Source of the DNA: Prorocentrum cordatum | Taxonomy: Eukaryota | Length of the DNA: 64,000 nucleotides | Assembly (NCBI GenBank): GCA_963575745.1 | Contig: CAUYUJ010000099.1 | Span: 1 to 64,000, forward strand | Reading direction: 5' to 3' | Part shown: positions 45,327 through 55,537 of the stretch, in pieces | Numbering within the stretch: position 1 is the first letter of the stretch | How the letters are laid out: each line of letters opens with the position of its first letter | Made by a program: the position numbers and the translations under genes | Notes under the pieces: model-generated | The model's input: the letters and a program-made list of their open reading frames with translations, nothing else | Told to the model about the DNA's origin: nothing | Database searches by the model: none

Positions 45327-45826
45327 GAGCGTCCCTCCGCTGGCGCATTGCATGCCGTTGGGCAGGGTCCCGCAGAGGAGGGAGGGTAAAAGAGCGTTCG
45401 CAGAGAGAAGGGGGGACTGAAAGGAGGAAGATGGAGAGGGGATTCGCAAAAAAGGCGAAGACGGAGGACGGAGAAGGATTGAGAAGGAGGCAAGGGGGGG
45501 GGGGAGGGAGCCTGGACCCTGTGTGATTCCCCGGGGAGACTGGCTGGAGGGTAACAGAGGGAAAGGAAGGAAGAAAGCGGTAGCGAACGAGGCATGGAAA
45601 AGGGGGTTGGGGGAGTGAAATAAGAGAGCGGAGGAAAGACGGATGAATGAGAGGAGGGAGGGTTCTTCAGTCCATGCTCCGCGTCCTCATCTTCTTCCCG
45701 TTTCTCCCTACTCCAGATTACTACGGATCGGGGTAATTGGGGGGGGGGCTCGTTCCGCACACGAGTCCAAGCCAAACCTTCCCCGTCCTTCCCCGTCGTC
45801 GGTTTCTCCACATCCTACGCCTACGG

Positions 45827-45848
45827 TCCGTAGCCATTTGGGCTCGAG
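45827..45848 (+). other. Spliced-leader relic
   Basis: TCCGTAGCCATTTGGGCTCGAG, a 20/22 match to DinoSL. Confidence 0.8.
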
Positions 45849-47578
45849 GTCTCGAGGCTCGCAGCGGACCGAGTGGACACCGCTGCTCCACGGCCAACTC
45901 TCGCAGCCTCTTCCAGCAGCTGGTCCGGCCCAGGGGATGCTGCCGCTCGCGCCCGAAAGGGGTGCGCAGCCCGCTCGTTCTTTGGCACGCCCAGCTCTGG
46001 CCGCACCCCGCCAGTTGACGAACGAACAACACTCAGGAGGGGAAAAAACACACAGACACAATTAATCGGCGATTCCCAGAAAATATAGGAAAATATGGGA
46101 AGTGGGGGGGAAGACAAAAACCCAGGAAATATGTGAAAATATGGGGAATATTTTTATTTGTGTGTATTTATTTGTGTGTCCCAGTTCCCCTTCAAACACA
46201 CACCCATACCCATAGGGAGGTCGTTGGGATGAGGACTGGCTATGGGTATGGGTGCGGGTGGTCGGACCCTGGGGGACGCTCCCGCTCGAGCGGGGGCCCC
46301 CATCCGACAACACGCACCCATAACCTTCTCCGATCCCCCTGTGGGTACGGGTGTGTGCTGGTGGTTCGTCACCAGTAGCATGGCGCCTCTCTCTGCCGCT
46401 CGCGGCGACGCTGCAGAGGGTTGGAACTGGGTCCGGCCACCGTGGGTGAGGAAGCCTCCGAGGGGCCCAATGCGGAAGCGCCCAGGGGGGACGGGTGCGC
46501 AAAGAGCCCCTTTAGCTTACTGTTGGTGCAGACATCGCGGGGACTCGAAGCCCGCCGGACCCGCCGACGGATGTTACCGTGAGCTTCCCCCCAGGGCTCC
46601 AGTGGGCCACGGGACCCCCACGGGAGCACCCCGCAGCGAACGTGTCCAGCCTCAGCTTCGAAGAGCCGGAAGTTCTTGCGACTGTACTGCGGGGGAGTGT
46701 GGTCAGAGCGATCTCGCGCAGGCGTGCCATCCTCGCGTCGAGCAGCTCCGCAAAGACCCCGGCGCCGCCGCTGTCCTCGAGAGTCGGCTGGCTGCGGCAG
46801 GGAGAGGGGGACCCTGACGACCAGGAGAGCAGGCTGCACAGAACGACGTGCAAATATCAGGAGGAGAAAAAGCACAGACACGATCCATCGTCCACTGCCA
46901 GGAAAATATAGGAAAATATGGGAAGTGGGGGGGAAGACAAAAACCTTGGAAACGTGGGAAACTATGGGGGATACTTCTATTTGTGTGTACTCATTTGTGT
47001 GTCCCAGGGACCCTTCAAAACACCACGAGCGGCAGGCCGGCCTCGAGCAACACCGGAGCTCCGCTGAGTCGGTCAAGCAACAGAACCGACGGGCCCCAGG
47101 ACAGCCGCGAGAAGCTTGCGCTCTCGGCCGCCTCCTCCGCCACCGGCCCAGAGTCCGAGGCTTCCGCCCAGCCCACCCTGCCCCTCGCCGCCCTCCTTGA
47201 TGGGAAGCCGGAGGGGTTCGCCATCTGACGCGGAGGAGCTTTGGACCTGTCTGGCGGAGAAGATCTGGACCTGGGGGGGGGGGCGGAGATCACTCAGCTC
47301 GCTCCACTTCTAGCGCCTCCTCCTCGGACGTATCGGCTTTGTGCCCGTCCACGGACGTAGCCGCTCGCGGGGGGGTTCCACCTCCCCCTCCGCTCAGACG
47401 ACGTAGTCCAGGTGATCGCCGAACTTGCCATTCCCGAACTTGGCCCCCCCTCGGGGGCCGCCATACCCCTCCCCCTGTGGGAGGGCGGCACGCTCACCCC
47501 TGAGGGGGGCGATGGCGATGAGGGGCGATGGCGATGAGGAAGCCGAAGGTGCCGAAAGCGATCGCGACGACCTTGGGC

Positions 47579-48720
47579 CTACCCCCTCGCCCTGCCGGGG
47601 TGGCCGCGGCCTCCACGGTAGGGCCTACCCCCTCGCCTTGCAGGGGTGTCGCCGTAGTGCCTACCCCCTCGCCCTGCAGGGGTGTCGTCGTGCTCCGTGT
47701 ACGTGGTCTCGCCGTCGCACTCGCTGTCCGTGGTGTGGCTCTCTGTGTCGTTTTGGCTCGCTGGGCCGCTGTCCTCAAGGTCGCTCTTGCACCCGTCGTC
47801 CCGAACGGTGCCGTCCCAACCTGCGGCCTCCTGGTAGGTGCGGTCGACGAGGTCGTGGCACATCTCTAGGGCCCTTTCGAATTCGGCGTTGCTTGTGCCA
47901 TCCGTCGCTGTGACGACCAGCTCGCAGCCTCCGCGCGGGTAACTGATCAGCTGCAGGGTCACCCCTTTATTTCCTGCACGAAGTTTATGAACCGCCTGTC
48001 TTCGCCGCTGATATAGTGCTCCCACGGGAAGTTGTCATCATAGCCCTCGATGTGTATTGGTATGGCATGCTCTCGCACAGCGCCTGAACTGATGGCGTAG
48101 TGATGCTGCCGCTCTTGCCCGCTGTCGCTGCAGCTGCCGTCCCCCTCGCTTCGCCTTTGCCCTGACCCCTGGATCGTAGATGATCACATCGGGCTCCATC
48201 TTCGCTTTCCTTCGTCTCGCGCGCGTTGTCTGGGTCCTCGGCTAGGTTAGTAGTGAGGGGCTCCAACCACGCCGCCTGCTTCTCGCAATGCAGTGTCTGC
48301 GATGGCGTCTGGGCTCTGTCCTCTCGATGGCGTGTGTCATCGCCCTCCAGCTTCACTGGCGCTGGTGTTGGCGTCACGTCTCGCGCACGGGCGGCCGCGC
48401 CTGCAGCTGATGACGACTGTGCTCCTTTCCTAACGCCAGTTCCCGCGGTCGCCTCCAGCTTGTCCTGATCCCTGAACCGTAGATGATCGCATCGGGCTCC
48501 ATCTTCGCCTTCCTTCGACTCGCACATGGCTGGGTCCAGGCCTAGGTTAGTGGTTACGGGCATCGACCTCGCCGCACGCTTCTCGCAATGATGTGTCTGC
48601 GATGGCGTCTGAGCTCTGTCCTCAGAGTGGCTTGCGTCGTCGCCTTCTGGAAACCTGCTGGGGCAAAGCTGTTGAGCCAAGATGTTGCGTTTGGGCCAAA
48701 ATGTTGTTTGAGCCATGGCA
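47579..48720 (-). pseudogene. Frameshifted intronless pseudogene with an internal duplication (300-bp period) and a KH-like domain
   Basis: Joining two frames gives HAIPIHIEGYDDNFPWEHYISGEDRRFINFVQE/KGVTLQLISYPRGGCELVVTATDGTSNAEFERALEMCHDLVDRTYQE, which resembles a type I KH domain. The duplicated blocks are at ~48160-48350 and ~48460-48650. Confidence 0.5.
48671..48720 (-). other. Three tandem degenerate SL-like relics
   Basis: The minus strand reads GCCATGGCTCAAA-CAACATTTTGGCCCAAA-CGCAACATCTTGGCTCAAC, each resembling the truncated relic CCATTTTGGCTCAAG. Confidence 0.5.
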
Positions 48721-50542
48721 TTGTTTCTTGATTCTTGACCGCTGCTGCCACTGCCCTCGCTTCCGCCAGCCGCCTGGGGCGACGCCCCTCCTTTCCCGCG
48801 GGGGTCCCTCGCTTCGGCGCTGTAGCTGATGGCGTCTGGCGTCCGGCGAGGTCCCCCAAAGAGGCTCGTGATGGGCTGGTTGCCACCACAGATGCCACGC
48901 TCGCAAGTGGCCCTGCAGCTCGGAAATGAGTTGACGCTGAGACTGCAAGCGATGGCTCGCTGCCCGCTGCGCCGCCACCCGGCGCCCTTTCCGCGCGAGG
49001 GCGGGCCTGTGGAGCCCAGGGGTTATAGTCTGCTGTTGCTGCTGCACTGGCTCCACGCTCTGCGTGCCTATCGAGGCACCATGAGTCAGAGGCCAGCAAC
49101 ATATGTACACGTACGCGGTTAGTTTCCCCTGGAGTGCGTGTCAACGCGGACGTTCGTGCAGGCAAGACCGCGGAGGGCGTACATGTACATATGTCGTTGC
49201 TCGCCCAATGAGCGTCATGCCAAGGCCGTGCCACACGACGAGGCTCCATCGCGGCGCGGCCGGCAGATCCGGCGAACGCACGCGCCTGGGGCCCCCCCGC
49301 GCGGCGGCCCTCCGGCAGGGGAGGGGGAGCCCCGGTTCGGGCCCCCGATGGCCTTGCGTCTCTTCCTCCTCCTCCTCCTGCTCCTCCTCCTCCTCCTCCT
49401 CCTCCTCCTCCTCCTCCTCCTCCTCCTCCTCCTCCTCCTCCCCTCCCCCTCCCCCTCCCCCCCCCCCCCTCCTCCTCCTCCTCCCCTCCTCCTCCTCCTC
49501 CTCCTCCTCCTCCTCCTCCTCCTCCTCCTCCTCAATATCATCCCTCCTCCTGCCTCCGATGACTCTGTAAGAAAAAATCATGCGTTTTTGAAGATCTCGT
49601 TTTTCCGCTTCCGATAGGCTTATGAGGCTTCTGGATGGCTGTCAAAGGGCCCAAGCCTGCCCCAAGAGGAGCCCCACAAGGCCACAAGACGGCCCTCTGA
49701 GCGCCCCAGAGTCCCCCACGACGGCCCCAGAGACTTCCCAGAGTGCCCCCCAGACGGCTTCTGAAAGCCCGAGGGCGCTCCAGAGGCGATAGCCTCGATA
49801 CGGTCCACTAGGGCCCCCGGAACTCTTCAAGATGGCCCCGAGACGGCCCAGTACGGCTTCAAGACGGCTCTCGAGGCCGCCCAGACATCTCAAGATGGCC
49901 CCCAGACGGCCCCAAGAGGCCTACAAGAGGCTTCCAAGAGGCCTGTTAGAGGCGCCCAGGGAGCCCAAATCCTTCCAACGCTGGCAGGAAACTGTGGATT
50001 TCTGAAGACCTCACCTCTTCTCTTCCACTGTGCCTCTGATGCCTCAGGATGGCCCAACAATGGCTCCACGGGAACACGAGAGCAGGAAGGACGCAGGAGA
50101 TAGGAGAGAAGAGCGAGATGGGATGGACAGCGGCTTCAAGGGAGGACCCAGAAGGAGGAGGAAGTAGAGGAGAGGAGACGGAACCGAGATTGGGGAGGAC
50201 GGGCAAGAAGAGGAGCGCGGAAAATCCTTCAAACGGTTCGAAGCATTGGCATGACAGACGAGGAGATACGCACCCCGTGCGTCAAGACGTTGACCTGCGC
50301 TGAGCTGGAACCTGAGCGCGCGCGAAGCGAGAGGGCGCCTGCACTCACAAGGGCCACGATGAGGTTCACTTCCAGGTTTAATTGTTGGGAAATCATCATG
50401 CGGGTTACTACCGTCGGAGTAATCGGTTCAGGATATCCCCACATCCAAAGGTGGGGTTTGTGTTTCCTCTGCACGCCCCCCGCGCAGGATCTCTTCTCCT
50501 CCGCCCTCTCTGCTTCATCAGCCACACAGCAGCATCATCACC

Positions 50543-50576
<34 letters not shown>

Positions 50577-51889
50577 TCATCGTCGTCGTCGTCGTCATCA
50601 TCATCAGCATCATCGCACACACTGACACACCCACTCACACCCTCTCATGTCTGTCAGTGGAATACACACATCCTCAATATCATCCTCACCGTCGTCATCA
50701 CCGTCATCATCCTTACCAGTACCACCGTCACCACCATCACGATTGTTCTTATTCATAACCGTCATCGCGACCACAATCTCGCCGTGATCATCATTCCCTC
50801 GTCATTACCAGCATCGATCTCGCATCACCATCGTCATCGCACACACCCACATACACTGACCTTGGGAAGTCTCAGGCGGGAGCTTCGTTTGTGAGTGAAT
50901 TGCGACGGCGTCTCAGGCAGGAGCCCACTCCCTACGGGGACAGGACTCATGTTAGTAATCCGACCGGGTCGTCGTAAGCTTGTCGCTGTCGTCACGGGCC
51001 GGAGAGACGCCCGTGCTGGCCGTGGCGGCAACGGCGCCGAGGAACATTGATTTGCGCGCCCTTGCTAACAGGGCGGGGGAGGAGGTGGACGGGGAAGGAG
51101 AAGACGGGCGGACGAGGAGGCAGAGCAGGGGGTGCGCAGAGCACCTCCGCCAAAGCGAAAAAACAAAGGGTGACGAGGAGACGGGAAGGGAGCCTCTGCA
51201 TCCACAGGGACGACGACGAGGCTTGCTTTGGAGTCGGGCCTGTCCCTCTACATGGGGGAAATCTAGACAGAGTCCAAAGATAGCCTGGGGAATATGTTTT
51301 GGGTATGTTTGTCCATGTTGGAGTATTTTTTGAATATTTGTTCGTCGAACAAAAATCAGGAGGGGAAAAAACGCACAGACACAATTAATCGTCGACTCCC
51401 AGGAAAATATGGGAAAATATGGGAAGTGGGGGGGAAGACGAAAACCCAGAAAATATGGGAAACTATGGGGAATCGTTTTATTTGCGTGTATTTATTTGTG
51501 TGTCCTGGAGCCCCTTCAAAAAAAACCTGTAGGGGGGCACGCCCGACGGAAGCCCACTTCCAGACTGGCTTTGGGGGCAGCCCTCGTGCAGGGGCCTGCC
51601 GCCCGAGCCTCTAGAGCCCGCCGCGCGTGCGGCGCGAGCAGCGCGGGGGCGCCGCCGTCTCGTCACGTGCAGCGCGCGGCGGAAGGAGGAGGAGGAGGAT
51701 CGAGGAGGAGGATCGAGGAGGAGGGGGAGGAGGAGGAGGAGGAGGAGGAGGGGGAGGGGGAGGAGGAGAGGAGAGGAGGAGGAGGATCGGGAGGAGGATC
51801 GAGGAGGAGGAGGAGGAGGATCGAGGAGGAGGGGGAGGATCGAGGAGGAGGGGGAGGAGGAGGGGGAGGAGGAGGAGGAGGAGGAGGAG

Positions 51890-52752
51890 ATGCAATCACA
51901 GCGTGCACGCGAGTGTCCTGGAGGGGTTTGGCGATAGTGGAGAGAGGCGCATCCCCAGGGCCAAAACGTATCCTTTGCAGTTTTGCCGCTTTCTGGCTGA
52001 GTGTTTGTTCGAGGATGCCACCCGTGGGTTTAATGTTCCTGGTGTGCCCCCGTTGGACCTGCCCGAGGATGTTGCCCCGTTTGCTGTGCCTTTGGACCCA
52101 TACTTTAACCTCCAGCACGGGCGGGATTATGCTCGCACGGCACCTTTCTCAACTCAGACCCCCACGGATGGTGTGCGCGGCACCTCACACTCGCAGTACC
52201 TCTAGTGGTCTTGGCCCTTTTGAGGGAAGGGTCCGTGGGCTCCTTGTTTTTGTGCCCCCCAAGGGTGTGCGCAGCACCTACTTTTGCCGTAACTTGGGGG
52301 GAGTTTTATGCTGTCGTGTGCGCGGCAGTTTAACTCGCAGTATCATAAAGAAGGGGGCCTTTTTGGCTTTTCTCGATGTTTTACGTCGAAGTACTTATGA
52401 GAAGGTGACAGCGCCAGCTAAGTCTGGCTTCCCCTTCCCCACCGTTTTGGTTTTCGTTCATCTCGGGTCCCAAGCGCAGTGTCCTAAGTGTCGTGCAGCT
52501 GACCCTGATCTACGCCTTCCAGGTGGTGGTCGGTGACTCCGACCGTGCCCTCGAGGACAGGGCTATTTAAATCACCCAATAGCGGAGGGTTTGGGCCTTG
52601 CACATGGGCGGGGGGGGATTCATGGAGTTGCACGTGGAGGACGCGCCGCTGCCGCGATCGCTGCCTCCCTTTTTTTCCTCTTACCTATCGCTGCTCTCTG
52701 CTCCAGCTGTGTGGGACCCAGACTCTGTCCCTAAGGTCACGAACGAACGAAC
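51890..52752 (+). mobile_element. 5'-truncated retro-insertion with a (CGAA)3 tail encoding a C-terminal methyltransferase-like fragment
   Basis: Unique sequence between two GAGGAGGAGGATC tracts. It encodes CNHSVHASVLEG...RAKTYPLQFCRFLAECL...PLDPY...GRDYA up to the stop at 52205 and ends in CGAACGAACGAAC. Confidence 0.45.
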
Positions 52753-53514
52753 GAGGAGGAGGAGGATCGAGGAGGAGAATCGAGGAGGAGGATCGAGGAG
52801 GAGGGGGTGGTGGAGGGGGAAGATCGAGGATCGATCTCGTTGGGCGTTGTTTGATGATGTCATTCCACCGAGTCGCCCGGCTGCGTGTGAGCAGCGCGCC
52901 AGGTGGCGCCCGACTGCTGGGGGCGAGTCGCCGATGGGAGCCCGCGCAGTGTCGAGTCGCAGGCGATGCTCCTGTCCCAGCCCCCGACTCTTCGACGAAG
53001 CATGGAGGGGCCTCCGAAGGGAGGGAAACCCTGGGATGCACCCCCCGGGGGGCTGTTCGGACGCACCCCATATCGAGGAGGGGCGCCCCGCCTCGTACAT
53101 CCCAGGGTTGGGCCCCGATTTTTTGGGTCCAGTCGAAAACCCCACGAAGCCTGGGATAGGGGTCGACAGATCCCCTGCTGTTGATGGAGGCGTTCAAGAT
53201 GGAACGCTGCGGGTGGCCCAGAACCGGTCGATATGGAACGACTTAGCGCTCGGAACATTGCCGATCGCTCCAGGTTAGACGATCCACGCGGTGTCAGAAA
53301 AGAAGGCCGAGGTAATTAGTCACGACACGTACTTGCCGCAGTCACCCTGAAGGACTCCCGGCGACAAGCGAGGGTGCCATCGCCCCGACATGAAACAGTT
53401 TCCGACAAACCTCTCGAAGCAAGTGAGCTGGTAGATCAAGGATCCAGAAGCGAATAGAAGCGCTGTTTACGCCTCAACCCGCCACCGTCCTCATCCTCAT
53501 TATGATCATCTTCC

Positions 53515-54357
53515 TCAGGGTTTGCCGAAATGGGCGGGGGGGCCGCATGCAATGCCTTGCCGCTGAAGCCGTCGGTGAAGCTACTCGTGGGGCCACGAGA
53601 CGTGTGATGGGTGTGCCGTCATGAGCGAGGGAACCGCACGCGACACCTTGCCGCTGAAGCCTTCGGTGAGGCTCCCTGCGGGACATCGAAACGTGTCAAG
53701 GGCGTGCCGAAATGAGCGGAGGGACGCTGCGCGAGAACCTCCCACTGAAGCCCTCGGTAAAGCTCCTTCTGGGACCACGAAACGAGTGAGGGGTGTGCCA
53801 AAATGGGCTGGTGGACGCTTCCCTTTCACAGAAGCCTTCGGTGGAGTTTCTGGTCGGGCCACGAAACGTGTGAGGGGTGTGCCGAAACGGGCGGGCGGAG
53901 ATTATACAATGCCTCGCCGGTGAAGCTTTCGGTGGTGCTCCCTATAGGGCAACCAAACGTGTCAGGGCCTTGCCGAAATGGGCGGGGGGACGTTATGTGA
54001 TACGCTGCCACTGAATCATTCGGTGGAGCTCCCTCTGGAGCCGCGAAACATGTGAGAGGTTTACCGATATGGGCGGGGGGCGCTATGTAATACCTCGCCA
54101 CTGAGGCTCTCGGTGGGGCTCCCTGTAGGACCACAAAACGGGTGTGCGGTGTGCCGAAACGGGCGTGGGGGACCGCATGCAATGCCTTGGCACTGAGGAC
54201 TTAGGTGGAGCTCCTCATCACGAAACGTGCGAGAGGTGTGCGGAAGCAGAGACATGCGGAGGGCAGAAGCAGGAGGAGGGGGCAGCGGGAAGGAAGGAGG
54301 ACGCGGGGCGCTACTGGCTCGAAACAGGACCCGACATCACAGGATGGTTCGGAACAG
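53515..54357 (+). mobile_element. Older, diverged copy of the satellite-bearing element
   Basis: Degenerate GCCACGAAACGTGTGAGGGGTGTGCCGAAA units, with a 3' end ACGCGGGGC...CACAGGATGGTTCGG matching the other copies. Confidence 0.6.
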
Positions 54358-55515
54358 AAATCGACGATCTTGGGTCCTTGGTAGAGGTCCTCTCGGGGTT
54401 CTCTTGACCCTCCCAAGACCTCCTCTGGGACCCCTCCCAGGACCCCCCTCCCCGAGACCCCCCCATCCAGGACCCAACCCCCGGGACTCCCCCCCCATGA
54501 GACCCCGCCCCCCCCATGTGGGGAAGGGATCAAAATGAGGGGTATCTCGTTCGACTAGACTAGATTAGGACCCGGTTCGATTCACCTCGTGGTGGCGGAG
54601 CTGGAGAGCCAGGTCGACTCAAAGAGCGTCTCCCAGGAGCACCCTTGGATGACCTGCGGATTCCTCCCGCACCGCCTATCCACGAGTGAGCTTATTTGCT
54701 GGTCGCCACCGGGGGTTCCAACACCACCGGGTTTGGGAATATCGTTTCTGGCTCTCCTTCTGAGTGGCTGCCCGCTCGCTCGCTTCGCTTGCCTTTCTTT
54801 TCCTGCTGCCTAGTCGCGGCCCGACTGGTGTTCGGACGGCTTTCGACCCGCCTCGCGAGCCTGTTGACCAAAAAGCTATCCACGAGTGAGGTCTCAGCAG
54901 CCTGGGAAGGGTGGCATTGGCGCGTTCCTGGGCGCGTGTTCGACGGCTCCACAAACGAGCGGGCACGAGAGGCACACTGGCCGAAGTCCTGCGCGCTGCC
55001 CTGGGCGCGCCGGCACGTTTATATCGGGTCCGCGTGCGAAGGCCAAGAGGCCCACAGGCACGGAGGACACCTCGGGGTCTTCCCCCTGCGGCGCCAGGCC
55101 CATCAGTCTGCAGGGGGCCCATCAGTCTGGGAAGGGGGCGCGCTGGCGCGATTCGGGGTGCGTGCCCGAGAGCTGATGCAGCAGACGGGCATGACAGAAG
55201 CCGTGTCTCCTCGCCAGCCGTTGCGGATGTTCTTCCCGCACCGCCAGGTTTACGACCTTCCCGACCCACGCGCCCACGGCCCCAGATGCACCAGCGCCCT
55301 CCCGACTCGCGCGCCCATGGCGTCAGATCGGGTCGGTGACCCTCCCGGCTTCCTGTCCCTCCTTTTCCTCCTCATCCGCCTTCTCCTCCTCCTCATGTTC
55401 CTCGTCCTGCTCCTCCGCCTCCTCCTCCTCCTTTCCTCCTCCTCCTCCTCCTCCTCCTCGTCCTCCTCCTCCTCCTCCTCCTCCTCCACCTCCTCTGCTT
55501 CTCCTCCTCCTCCTC

Positions 55516-55537
55516 CCTGTAGCCATTTTGGCTCAAG
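55516..55537 (+). other. Dinoflagellate spliced-leader copy (SL relic)
   Basis: CCTGTAGCCATTTTGGCTCAAG. The last 19 nt are identical to the DinoSL consensus DCCGTAGCCATTTTGGCTCAAG. Confidence 0.92.

Noticed and set aside
54696..55330. 315-aa ORF just upstream of the LINE as a gene
   Set aside because: It has no recognisable motif and runs into (CCT)n. It is probably decayed repeat sequence and is left uncalled.
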